Shown: positions 18,436 through 26,483 of the stretch, one piece after another
Numbering within the stretch: the first letter of the stretch is position 1
How the letters are laid out: every line of letters starts with the position of its first letter
Program-made: the position numbers and the translations under genes
Notes under the pieces: generated by a model
What the model was told of the DNA's origin: nothing
The model's input: only the letters and a program-made list of their open reading frames with translations
Databases searched by the model: none
Origin: Candidatus Daviesbacteria bacterium
Lineage (GTDB): Bacteria > Patescibacteriota > Microgenomatia > Daviesbacterales > UBA10151
NCBI GenBank assembly: GCA_016198275.1
Contig: JACQIX010000019.1
Location: forward strand, 1-61,531
Direction of reading: 5' to 3'
DNA: 61,531 nucleotides

Positions 18436-21246
18436 ATGAACAACTTAAATTTTAAACAAATCGTAGAAGAAATAAAAGGTCGGGTCGATATAGTCGATGT
18501 GGTTAGTGAGTTCGTCGAGTTAAACCGAAACAATAAGGCACTATGCCCGTTTCATGATGAAAGACACCCGAGTTTTAGCGTTAACCCTAAGGGTCAATAT
18601 TATTATTGTTTTTCCTGCGGGGTTGGTGGAGATGTGATCGACTTTCTTAAGCGATTTAACACACAAAGTTTTTGGGAGGTGTTAAAGGAACTTGGTCGAA
18701 AAACTGGAGTTTCCATTGAATCGATATCGGATGAAGACAAAAAGCATATCGAAGACGTCTACACGATTGAAGAAATTCTTACTAAATCTGCTCATTATTA
18801 TCATTTGCGACTAACCAAAGAAGTCAAAAATTATCTAAATGAAAAACGGGCAATTAATGATGAGATGATTGAAAAGTTCCAAATTGGTTTTGCCGATGGG
18901 ACTCTGAGTAATTATTTATTAAATGAGTGCAAATACCCTCTGGATATATGTTTGAAATCAGGCGTTTTAAGGGGAGAACCCGCGAAAGACTATTTTTTTA
19001 ATCGTATCATGCTTCCAAATATCAGAAATGGCAGAGTAGTTTATTTGACAGGTAGGAGTTTAGACGACTCCGAACCGAAGTACATTCATATAGCTGGAGA
19101 ACAGCGATATTTATATAACGAGGAGGCATTAATAGAAGAAAATGTAATAGTTGTTGAGGGTTTCTTTGATTGTGTCTCGTTAGTACAGGCAGGGTTTAAC
19201 GCTGTAGCTTTGATGTCAACGAACCTAAAAGATGAATTCGTTCGTAAGTTTGATAAATGTAAAACAGTGTATATCTGTCTTGATGGCGATGAGGCTGGAA
19301 AGGTAGCTACCGAAAAACTTGGAGCAGCCCTAGTTCAAAAGACAAGAATCGTTCAGTTACCAGACAATTTAGACCCAGATGATTTCTTAAAGTCTTATTC
19401 TAGGGAAGATTTTGACGCACTGCTAAATTCCGCTCTTGATTTCATTCGTTACAAATTAAGCCAAATATCAACCGATACCGATAAAACCGAATTACCAAAG
19501 AAACTTGAGCCAATTCTTCTATTGCTTAACAGGTTAGATAGGGCTAACTCAGAGGCATTTTTATCTCACGTCATCAAAGATTATTTCAACCTGAAAAATA
19601 AAGACATTGATGCTTACAGGCAAACGATGAAAGAATTAGCCAAGAGAGAAAAAGAGAAAATTTCTACTTCGGGATTTGATCTTCCGGTTAAATATTCAGC
19701 CCATCTAAATGGTTTGGTTGATCTCGTTTTAGATAATGGCGAAACTGCATTTTTGATCAAAGAACTAGATAAATTGAAGATACGAGCTGAGATTGAGGAA
19801 GGATGGTGGTTGCTGTTGCCGCCTCCCAGAGAGCAGGTTCCTTGGTTATTGCCTAAGGGTGAAAACGTTATCAAGATATACGAACAAGAGGAATCTTTAG
19901 CACAAAAAACAGTCGATGGGCAACTTTATGATGATATTGTTAGCTATCTGAAGAACATATCAGAGTTACCCGGAGAGGCTTATTATGAATTACTTGCTGC
20001 TTGGGTTCTCCATACATATTGCATGGAAACACCCCAATATACGCCTATTATTTGTCTTTTTGCAGTTCCAGAAAGAGGGAAGAGCCGAACCGGAAAGGGA
20101 CTGATATATCTTGTATATCATGGCATCCATGTTGAAAGTTTGCGGGATCCATATCTGGTTCGAGTAGCAAATGATTTAGATGCTACTCTATTTTTTGACG
20201 TCAAAGATGTTTGGGAGAAGGCGGAAAAAGAGAAAAGTGAAGATATTTTGCTTCACAGGTTTGAAAAAGGTGCTAGAGTACCACGGGTTAATTATCCTGA
20301 GCGAGGACCGCATCAGGACATCGTTTACTATAAAATTTTTGGGCCTACGATTATCGCTACCAACGAGAGTGTCCACCAAATCCTTGAAACACGAGCGATT
20401 CAGATTAATATGCCCGAAACTAGTAAGCGGTTTGATAATTCCGTTACACCCGAACTAGCTATAGAGTTAAAAGAGCGTCTTATTGTTTTTCGAGCTCGTC
20501 ATTTTGAGGAACAATTTCCTGAAATTCCAAAACCTGCAAATGGAAGACTTGGAGATATACTACGACCCCTACTTCAAATCGTTCAGCTCGTTAAACCAGA
20601 ACGGGAAGAAGCATTTTTGCGGCTCATTAAGGAATTAGAAAAGGAGCGATTAATTGAGAAAGCGGATTCTCTAGAAGCCCAGATATTGCTTGTTATTATC
20701 GGACTGAAGGATCGAGTGGAGAGGGGTATGTTACCTGTCAAGGATATTACCGACAAATTAAATGAAAACAAGCCCGATGACCATAAATTTTCTTATCATC
20801 GAGTTGGAAGAAGACTTTCTGCTTTGGGTTTCCGTAAGGGAAAAACCGGAGATGGAAGCTCTGCGATTATATGGGACGACGATTTAACGGAACGAATGAA
20901 AGCAAAGTATGGTTTGAACGAATCATCAGAAATACCAGAAACACCAGAATCTTCGGATTTAAATACAGATAATACTGATGTTTCTGGTGATACTGGTGTT
21001 TCTCCAAAGATTAACAAGAATGGAATAAACCTAAATCACATGGGAGATAGTGAGTTAATGGACCAAGAAGACGCATTGAGGAATGCCCTAATATTTTTTG
21101 AAAAGAATACTCCCGAATATGAAGTCAAATATAAGGAATGGTTCTCTTATAGAGAAGAAGGTGTTCGACGTAAGCTTTTTGATACTTTTGTTCCAGCAAG
21201 CCAGCAAGAGCTGGGATTTAACGATGGAGGTGGTTCTAGTGCCTAA
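18436..21246 (+). CDS. DnaG-type primase (CHC2 zinc finger + Toprim) fused to a C-terminal P-loop NTPase-like domain
   Basis: 936 aa. It has a zinc finger (CPFHDERHPSFSVNPKGQYYYCFSCGVGGDVIDF), Toprim motifs (VVEGFFDCVS and CLDGDEAGKVA), a downstream Walker-A-like AVPERGKS, and a Walker-B-like LFFDVKD. Confidence 0.85.
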   Translation: MNNLNFKQIVEEIKGRVDIVDVVSEFVELNRNNKALCPFHDERHPSFSVNPKGQYYYCFSCGVGGDVIDFLKRFNTQSFWEVLKELGRKTGVSIESISDEDKKHIEDVYTIEEILTKSAHYYHLRLTKEVKNYLNEKRAINDEMIEKFQIGFADGTLSNYLLNECKYPLDICLKSGVLRGEPAKDYFFNRIMLPNIRNGRVVYLTGRSLDDSEPKYIHIAGEQRYLYNEEALIEENVIVVEGFFDCVSLVQAGFNAVALMSTNLKDEFVRKFDKCKTVYICLDGDEAGKVATEKLGAALVQKTRIVQLPDNLDPDDFLKSYSREDFDALLNSALDFIRYKLSQISTDTDKTELPKKLEPILLLLNRLDRANSEAFLSHVIKDYFNLKNKDIDAYRQTMKELAKREKEKISTSGFDLPVKYSAHLNGLVDLVLDNGETAFLIKELDKLKIRAEIEEGWWLLLPPPREQVPWLLPKGENVIKIYEQEESLAQKTVDGQLYDDIVSYLKNISELPGEAYYELLAAWVLHTYCMETPQYTPIICLFAVPERGKSRTGKGLIYLVYHGIHVESLRDPYLVRVANDLDATLFFDVKDVWEKAEKEKSEDILLHRFEKGARVPRVNYPERGPHQDIVYYKIFGPTIIATNESVHQILETRAIQINMPETSKRFDNSVTPELAIELKERLIVFRARHFEEQFPEIPKPANGRLGDILRPLLQIVQLVKPEREEAFLRLIKELEKERLIEKADSLEAQILLVIIGLKDRVERGMLPVKDITDKLNENKPDDHKFSYHRVGRRLSALGFRKGKTGDGSSAIIWDDDLTERMKAKYGLNESSEIPETPESSDLNTDNTDVSGDTGVSPKINKNGINLNHMGDSELMDQEDALRNALIFFEKNTPEYEVKYKEWFSYREEGVRRKLFDTFVPASQQELGFNDGGGSSA

Positions 21247-21472
21247 TTTTAGAGAAAAAGTACAAGACAAAGTTGCCTTGATCTTAATAGATTTTTTGCA
21301 TGATGTTAAAGCTGTTAATTGGACAGCAAGAAATGAAATAGATATTGATGAAAATAATTACGGAGAGCTGGCGAAAATGTACGCAAAGCAAATAGAGAGA
21401 TTTATCGTAAGGTCATTGACAAGCAAGAGTATTGATAAATCTACAAAGGAATCCGAAAAATATGAACGCTGA
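21224..21472 (+). CDS. Hypothetical small protein
   Basis: 82 aa from the ATG at 21224. The track ORF starts at 21098 but would overlap the primase by 149 nt. No motif. Confidence 0.3.
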   Translation: MEVVLVPNFREKVQDKVALILIDFLHDVKAVNWTARNEIDIDENNYGELAKMYAKQIERFIVRSLTSKSIDKSTKESEKYER

Positions 21473-21554
21473 CAGTAAGGTAAGATACGTCAGATATACC
21501 AGAAAGGCCTGTCGTTCAAGAATTTCTAATGAAAGAGCGAGGTGAATTACGAGC

Positions 21555-22040
21555 GTGAATAACCAACAAAATCAACAAAACCAACAGAATGTTAATTCTT
21601 ACGAAGCTTTAGATAAGCTAGGCAAAGAAATTGTAGTCTTAAAACTATCGGGGCTTTCATATCAAAGTATAGTGGAATATCTAGAAAAGATAGGAGAGAA
21701 GCGAGAGAACCAGACAGTTAGAGAATGGTTTATTAATGGTGGTAAGTATTATGAAGCTTATGAGTTTATGAAGGCTAAAAGGCATGAAGAAATCGAACCA
21801 GAATTTAAGGCAATCGAGGGGCAAATCAAAGAAGGAGCAATAGATGCAATCGGGGTTGTCAGGGATCAAGTTAAAAGGGGCAATCTGAAAGCAGCAATGT
21901 ATCTTCTTAAATTGGCTGGTTTTGAAGTGGAGCAAATCAAAAATATCAGTGACGAGTCTGAAGAAATGAAGCTTTTGAAGGAAATCATAGAAAGAAATGA
22001 ACAGCGATCTAGCACAACTCACCAAATTATTCAAAATTAA
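21555..22040 (+). CDS. Candidate terminase small subunit / HTH DNA-binding protein
   Basis: 161 aa with a GTG start. It has an N/Q-rich N-terminus and then an HTH-like segment (LKLSGLSYQSIVEYLEKIG). Its position immediately upstream of TerL, overlapping it, is the main argument. Confidence 0.4.
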   Translation: MNNQQNQQNQQNVNSYEALDKLGKEIVVLKLSGLSYQSIVEYLEKIGEKRENQTVREWFINGGKYYEAYEFMKAKRHEEIEPEFKAIEGQIKEGAIDAIGVVRDQVKRGNLKAAMYLLKLAGFEVEQIKNISDESEEMKLLKEIIERNEQRSSTTHQIIQN

Positions 22041-23352
22041 TGGTCAAGGTTTGGTTTTAACCCCAACCCAACAGAAAATTTTTGACCTGATAGTTACTAA
22101 CGCTCATCCAAGAAATCAAATTATTGCTCCTACCCAATATGGAAAGTCACTCACCGTAGCTTTATCTGTGTTATGTAGAAGTGTGGGTAAGGGTGAGAAG
22201 TTTATTATTTTAGCTCCTTCTGAGAAAAAAGCAGGGATTACCATGAATTACATTATTGACCACTGTTTTGATTCCAATCTTTTTCTCTCCCAACTAGAAC
22301 TTGAGCAATCATTTACTCTGGATAGACTTAGAAGAGAACGTTCCAGGAATCATCTAACCTTTAAAAATGGCGGTGGGATAATGACATTAACACTAGATGC
22401 CAGAAATTCTAAGAGATCTCTTGAAGCAGCAATGGGTTTTGGAGGTAATAGGTTAATTTTAGACGAAAGCAGTCTAATTGATGATCCCTTGTATGCAACA
22501 GTTAAAAGGATGTTAGGTGGTCATCCTTACAGCAATACCTTTCTTCTTGAGATTGGCAATCCTTTTTACAGAAATCATTTTTACCGAACTTGGAACACTG
22601 AACGATATAACAAATTATTTATTGACTATAAAGTTGGACTTGCGGAAGGTAGATATTCTGAGGAATTTATCGAAGAGATGAGAGATGAGGCATTTTTCAG
22701 TGTTTTTTATGAGTGTAAATTTCCAGAGGAAGATATAGTAGATGAATATGGTTATCGAGTCCTTCTTACCAATGAGGAATTAAATAATGCTTTTGTAAAC
22801 GAGCATCTACCTATGGAGAGAGAGCTATATTTAGGAGCTGATATAGCAGGAGGCGGTGATTACAATGTCTTTGTAATGCGGACAAAACAGTTTGCTTGGA
22901 TTGAAAGTAAAAATAGGTCTAATGACACAATGACAAATGTTTCTGAAATTCAAAGGATTTTAGAACAATATCCTAATCTTAAACCCCAAAATGTTTTTGT
23001 AGATGATATAGGGGTGGGAAGAGGGGTATCTGACAGATTAAGAGAATTAAATCTAGCAGTAAATGGGGTATCAGCTGGAGAAAAAGCTCTAAATGCTGCT
23101 AAACATAAGAATATTAAAGCTGAATGTTATTGGTTGGCTTCTCAATGGATTAAACAGGGAGGAAAACTTTTAAGAGATGATAATTTCAGACAACTCACTT
23201 GGATAAAGTACAAAGTTAATAGTGAGAGGGTTTTACAAATTGAGCCTAAAGAAGGGTTGAAACAAAGAACTGGTAGATCACCTGATTTTGCTGATGCTTT
23301 TATGCTGACTTTTGTTACCCCAAAACTAGAGCCTAAAATTTGGTGGATATGA
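21997..23352 (+). CDS. terL: Terminase large subunit
   Basis: 451 aa. It has Walker A APTQYGKS and Walker B LILDESSLI. The C-terminal RNaseH-like nuclease carries acidic motifs GADIAGGGDYNVFV, VDDIGVGRGVSD and SPDFADAFML. Confidence 0.85.
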   Translation: MNSDLAQLTKLFKINGQGLVLTPTQQKIFDLIVTNAHPRNQIIAPTQYGKSLTVALSVLCRSVGKGEKFIILAPSEKKAGITMNYIIDHCFDSNLFLSQLELEQSFTLDRLRRERSRNHLTFKNGGGIMTLTLDARNSKRSLEAAMGFGGNRLILDESSLIDDPLYATVKRMLGGHPYSNTFLLEIGNPFYRNHFYRTWNTERYNKLFIDYKVGLAEGRYSEEFIEEMRDEAFFSVFYECKFPEEDIVDEYGYRVLLTNEELNNAFVNEHLPMERELYLGADIAGGGDYNVFVMRTKQFAWIESKNRSNDTMTNVSEIQRILEQYPNLKPQNVFVDDIGVGRGVSDRLRELNLAVNGVSAGEKALNAAKHKNIKAECYWLASQWIKQGGKLLRDDNFRQLTWIKYKVNSERVLQIEPKEGLKQRTGRSPDFADAFMLTFVTPKLEPKIWWI

Positions 23353-23404
23353 CCGGCAAACACTTCCTCTAAACTGTACGTTCTTTAGTGGTAACTGAAT
23401 TCTA

Positions 23405-23442
23405 TTGAATTTGTTTTGATGATATTCTACACTATGTAGTAG
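23405..23442 (+). promoter_or_regulatory. Promoter plus palindromic operator upstream of the BlaI-like repressor gene
   Basis: -35 TTGAAT (23405-23410), a 17-nt spacer and -10 TACACT (23428-23433). The 16-mer CTACACTATGTAGTAG (23427-23442) contains the dyad CTACA-cta-TGTAG. It matches the 16-mer at 24901-24916 at 14 of 16 positions. Confidence 0.5.
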
Positions 23443-23444
23443 AT

Positions 23445-23810
23445 ATGAAGGCAAAAGCTTTGAGTGAACTTGAGCAGGAAGTAATGAATATTGTTTGGAA
23501 ATGCGGAGATTGCACTGTGCGTGACGTGCTTGAAAGAATAAATATGAAGAAAAAACTTGCGTATACGACCGTAATGACTATTATGGGGAGGCTTGTCGAT
23601 AAAGGAGTTTTGGCTAGAAAACCAGATGGCTTGAGTTACCTTTACTACCCAAGGATAAGCAAGAAAAATTTTGTAGCCAAGTCTGTTCACAATATTTTTA
23701 CTACTGCAGTAACTTCTCTGGGTCAGGAAGCAATCACTCATTTCGTAAAAGAAATTCAAAAGTTGAGTCCTAAAAAGAGGCGAGAACTTTTAAAAATACT
23801 GGATGAGTAA
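23445..23810 (+). CDS. BlaI/MecI/CopY-family winged-helix transcriptional repressor
   Basis: 121 aa. LSELEQEVMNIVWKCGDCTVRDVLERI...LAYTTVMTIMGRLVDKGVLAR is the family signature. It lacks the C-terminal CxCx4CxC of CopY and has an N-terminal CGDC instead. Confidence 0.85.
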   Translation: MKAKALSELEQEVMNIVWKCGDCTVRDVLERINMKKKLAYTTVMTIMGRLVDKGVLARKPDGLSYLYYPRISKKNFVAKSVHNIFTTAVTSLGQEAITHFVKEIQKLSPKKRRELLKILDE

Positions 23811-23816
23811 AATGAT

Positions 23817-24845
23817 ATGTCAAACAAAACAGGTATCAATCAAAGCTACATCATCCTAGTACTTTTAGGGTTGGTAGCTGGGGCAATTAGTATTGCTTTA
23901 CTGGCTAAGGTATATCCGTTATTTTCGGCAAAAGCACTTTACTTTTGCCAACAGTTTGTCGCAAATACTTTTTTTATGCTCCCTCACACTCTTCCTGGAG
24001 CTTTTGCCACTGCGGTGTGGGCTGTTTTATCGCTGGGTCTTATTTCCTTTCTCATCCAGTTGGCAAAAACATACGCGCTTCTTCGAAAGACTATTCCGAA
24101 GAAGATTCCCTTAACTCGTAAGCTTCAAGAGACAGTCAACTCGTTAGGTCTTGGAAACAGTACTCAATTAATTGAAGACAAAAATTTATACTCCTTTTGT
24201 ATCGGTTTTTTGAACCCCAAAATTATCATTACTTCAGGTCTTATTTCAGATTTAACACAGAAGGAGCTTGAAGCAGTGTTGCTTCACGAACAGATGCACT
24301 TAAAAAATAGGGACCCGCTGAAAATATTGATTGGGAAAACTGTATCTTCAACGTTTTTCTTTCTGCCAATATTCAGGGAACTTTATCGAAATATGGAAGC
24401 TACCAATGAACTGATAGCCGATTATTGGACCACTGAAATTCAAAAGGATACAAAATTTTTACGCAGTGCTCTGCGCAAAATTATTGCCCAGCCCCAAATT
24501 ACATTCGCAACGGTTCCCGCCATTTCCCATCCTGATCATATCGAAATCAGGGTGCGTCAACTCAAAAACACTGGAATTAAACATAAACTAACCCTTTCGT
24601 ATAGCAGTATTATCGGCAGCGCAATGTTTATCGTGGTTAGTTTGTTTGTGCTTCAAACCCCTGTTGACGCATTCCACACTGAAGACTCAAGTGAACCGTC
24701 TTATTTTGTATGTTCGGTTGATAATGTCTGTAGGCAAGAGTGTCATCACAATTCCAATATGTCTGTTCCCCGTCCTGATCATTTATTCACTCCCGTTAAT
24801 TCTTCTCCTACTTCTTCAAAATACGAAGCTCCATCATACAAATAA
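23817..24845 (+). CDS. BlaR1/MecR1-like M56 membrane zinc protease lacking a penicillin-binding sensor and ending in a short Cys/His-rich tail
   Basis: 342 aa. It has TM helices and HExxH in LLHEQMHLKNRDP. After a final TM helix, the ~60-aa tail contains CSVDNVCRQECHH. Confidence 0.8.
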   Translation: MSNKTGINQSYIILVLLGLVAGAISIALLAKVYPLFSAKALYFCQQFVANTFFMLPHTLPGAFATAVWAVLSLGLISFLIQLAKTYALLRKTIPKKIPLTRKLQETVNSLGLGNSTQLIEDKNLYSFCIGFLNPKIIITSGLISDLTQKELEAVLLHEQMHLKNRDPLKILIGKTVSSTFFFLPIFRELYRNMEATNELIADYWTTEIQKDTKFLRSALRKIIAQPQITFATVPAISHPDHIEIRVRQLKNTGIKHKLTLSYSSIIGSAMFIVVSLFVLQTPVDAFHTEDSSEPSYFVCSVDNVCRQECHHNSNMSVPRPDHLFTPVNSSPTSSKYEAPSYK

Positions 24846-24877
24846 GCAAAGCTTGTTACTTCGTAATAAAGATACTC

Positions 24878-24916
24878 TTGACAGAGAAGTGATCACCCTA
24901 CTACACTTAGTAGTAG
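24878..24916 (+). promoter_or_regulatory. Promoter plus palindromic operator of the thiol/CxxC operon
   Basis: -35 TTGACA (24878-24883), an 18-nt spacer and -10 TACACT (24902-24907). The 7-5-7 palindrome CTACTAC-ACTTA-GTAGTAG (24898-24916) overlaps the -10. The leader carries GGAGGTGA before the ATG at 24951. Confidence 0.5.
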
Positions 24917-24950
24917 TTTATTTTATTAAATATATGAAAGGAGGTGACAT

Positions 24951-25229
24951 ATGCCAGACAATACTTCTCTAAAATCAAGTGCGATACATCAGGTAGAAGA
25001 TGCACCAACTAATAATACCATGACGCTTCGTGTGCCCAAACCCAACATGCAGGTGGCGGTTTTGGGACTGGTAGCGTTTATTACTCTCTTTCAGACTGTT
25101 CAATTGGTGAGAATCGGTGCTAAAGCGGGATCAGCACCAGTCAAGGCCGCGCCAGCCGCTGCAACTACCAATACCGGCGGTTCCGGGAGCAATGCGGACG
25201 TTCCCCAATCAATGGTTGGCGGTTGTTAA
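24951..25229 (+). CDS. Small single-TM protein with an Ala/Pro/Thr/Gly-rich linker ending in ...MVGGC
   Basis: 92 aa with a strong SD (AAAGGAGGTGA, 5 nt before the ATG). The TM helix is VAVLGLVAFITLFQTVQLV, and the C-terminal residue is Cys. Confidence 0.5.
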   Translation: MPDNTSLKSSAIHQVEDAPTNNTMTLRVPKPNMQVAVLGLVAFITLFQTVQLVRIGAKAGSAPVKAAPAAATTNTGGSGSNADVPQSMVGGC

Positions 25230-25253
25230 ATAGTATTCGATTTAAAGCAAATT

Positions 25254-26471
25254 ATGCGTACTAAGACAAAACTCGTCTCTGACGAGAAGACTATTAATAT
25301 ATCAAAGACTAATGGCCAGGTAAAAGCAAAATCTCTCAATGTTCCTTGGCCAAAAGTTTTTCTGGTTGTGGCAGTGATTTCAACTGTTATCGGCGCCTTC
25401 GTTGCCACAAAAACGCTCGCACAAACAGAAAAGAAAATTGCTGAGGTAAAAGAGATGGCTCGACCTGCGAATGTGACTTTGACCAAGATTGCAGTTGAGA
25501 ACTGTGCAGACTGTTTCAATGTTGATGACGCGATAGCGACGTTTAAAAAGCAAAATGTTTCTGTCAGCGAAGAAAAAACTTTTCTTTCCACCTCAGCTGA
25601 AGCAAAGACTCTGATTACCGATTTGGGGATTAAACGGCTTCCTACTTATGTTGTTAAAGGAGAGATAACTAAGCAAAGTCTCGAAGGATTTGTTAAAGGA
25701 AACGGCGAGGTTAAAAATGACACCTTTATTTTTACAGGCGTTTCCCCTTTATTTGTAGATCCTCTGAGTAATAAAGAGATGGGTAAAGTTAGTGTGACAT
25801 ACCTCACCGATCCATCGTGTTCTTCTTGCATTAATCCAAAACTTACCATTGATGCGTATAAAAAAGCTGGGGTTAAAGTAACTGAGGAAAAAGAAGTATC
25901 TTGGAATTCTTTAGAGGGGCAAAAAATTATTAATCAGTATAAGATTGAAAAATTGCCAACTTTTGTACTCTCATCTGACGTTTCTTACTATTCGAGTATT
26001 AAGGATAACTGGCAAAAGATAGGGACTGTCGAACCAGACGGAGCATACGTGGCCAGACAGTTATTTCTTCCCTATCGTGATGTGACTAAGGGCCAGATTG
26101 TCGGACTGGTCGATGTTGTTTATCTTACCGATTCTAGTTGTACTGATTGCTACAAACCTCAGGAGGTTCATAAAAATATACTTACCCAAGGGTTTGGGGT
26201 AGGAATTCGGTCTGAACAAAGTGTCGATGCGAATTCACCGTATGGCAAGAGTCTTGTCTCAAAATACAAGATTACTCAAGTGCCAACCTTATTAATTTCA
26301 CCTGAAGTAGCGGAGTACTCAGGCATCAAACAAGTATGGCCTCAAGTAGGAACCACGGAACCAGATGGATGGTATGTGTTTCGCCAGGTCTCGCGTTTGG
26401 GCAGTGTTATTTATAAAGATTTTACAAGTAATCAAGTAGTTCGGCCGCAGCAACAACAAGCTGCACCGTAA
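25254..26471 (+). CDS. Membrane-anchored protein with three tandem thioredoxin/DsbA-like CxxC domains
   Basis: 405 aa with an N-terminal TM anchor. It has three ~110-aa repeats, each with a CxxC motif (CADC, CSSC, CTDC) and a downstream [KR]LPT / VPT cis-Pro-type motif (IKRLPTYV, IEKLPTFV, ITQVPTLL). Confidence 0.6.
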   Translation: MRTKTKLVSDEKTINISKTNGQVKAKSLNVPWPKVFLVVAVISTVIGAFVATKTLAQTEKKIAEVKEMARPANVTLTKIAVENCADCFNVDDAIATFKKQNVSVSEEKTFLSTSAEAKTLITDLGIKRLPTYVVKGEITKQSLEGFVKGNGEVKNDTFIFTGVSPLFVDPLSNKEMGKVSVTYLTDPSCSSCINPKLTIDAYKKAGVKVTEEKEVSWNSLEGQKIINQYKIEKLPTFVLSSDVSYYSSIKDNWQKIGTVEPDGAYVARQLFLPYRDVTKGQIVGLVDVVYLTDSSCTDCYKPQEVHKNILTQGFGVGIRSEQSVDANSPYGKSLVSKYKITQVPTLLISPEVAEYSGIKQVWPQVGTTEPDGWYVFRQVSRLGSVIYKDFTSNQVVRPQQQQAAP

Positions 26472-26483
26472 CAGTAATAAAAT

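Noticed and set aside
21555-21600. CAA/AAC-rich stretch (encodes NNQQNQQNQQN)
   Set aside because: It is an imperfect low-complexity coding sequence, not a true microsatellite or regulatory repeat.
21681-22034. 117-aa minus-strand ORF opposite the TerS-like gene
   Set aside because: The plus-strand ORF is co-oriented and overlaps TerL in the usual small/large terminase arrangement. The minus ORF has no start context.
23427-23759. 110-aa minus-strand ORF opposite the BlaI-like gene
   Set aside because: The plus strand encodes an unmistakable BlaI/MecI/CopY winged helix.
24646-24972. 108-aa plus-strand ORF spanning the BlaR1-like 3' end and the next promoter
   Set aside because: It is in an alternative frame overlapping the BlaR1-like tail, and it runs through the predicted -35/-10/operator and SD of the next gene.
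25226-25591. 121-aa ORF on the minus strand
   Set aside because: It is entirely antisense to the start of the triple thioredoxin-like gene and the end of the upstream gene. It has no ribosome-binding site or motif. The sense-strand genes have clear domain signatures.
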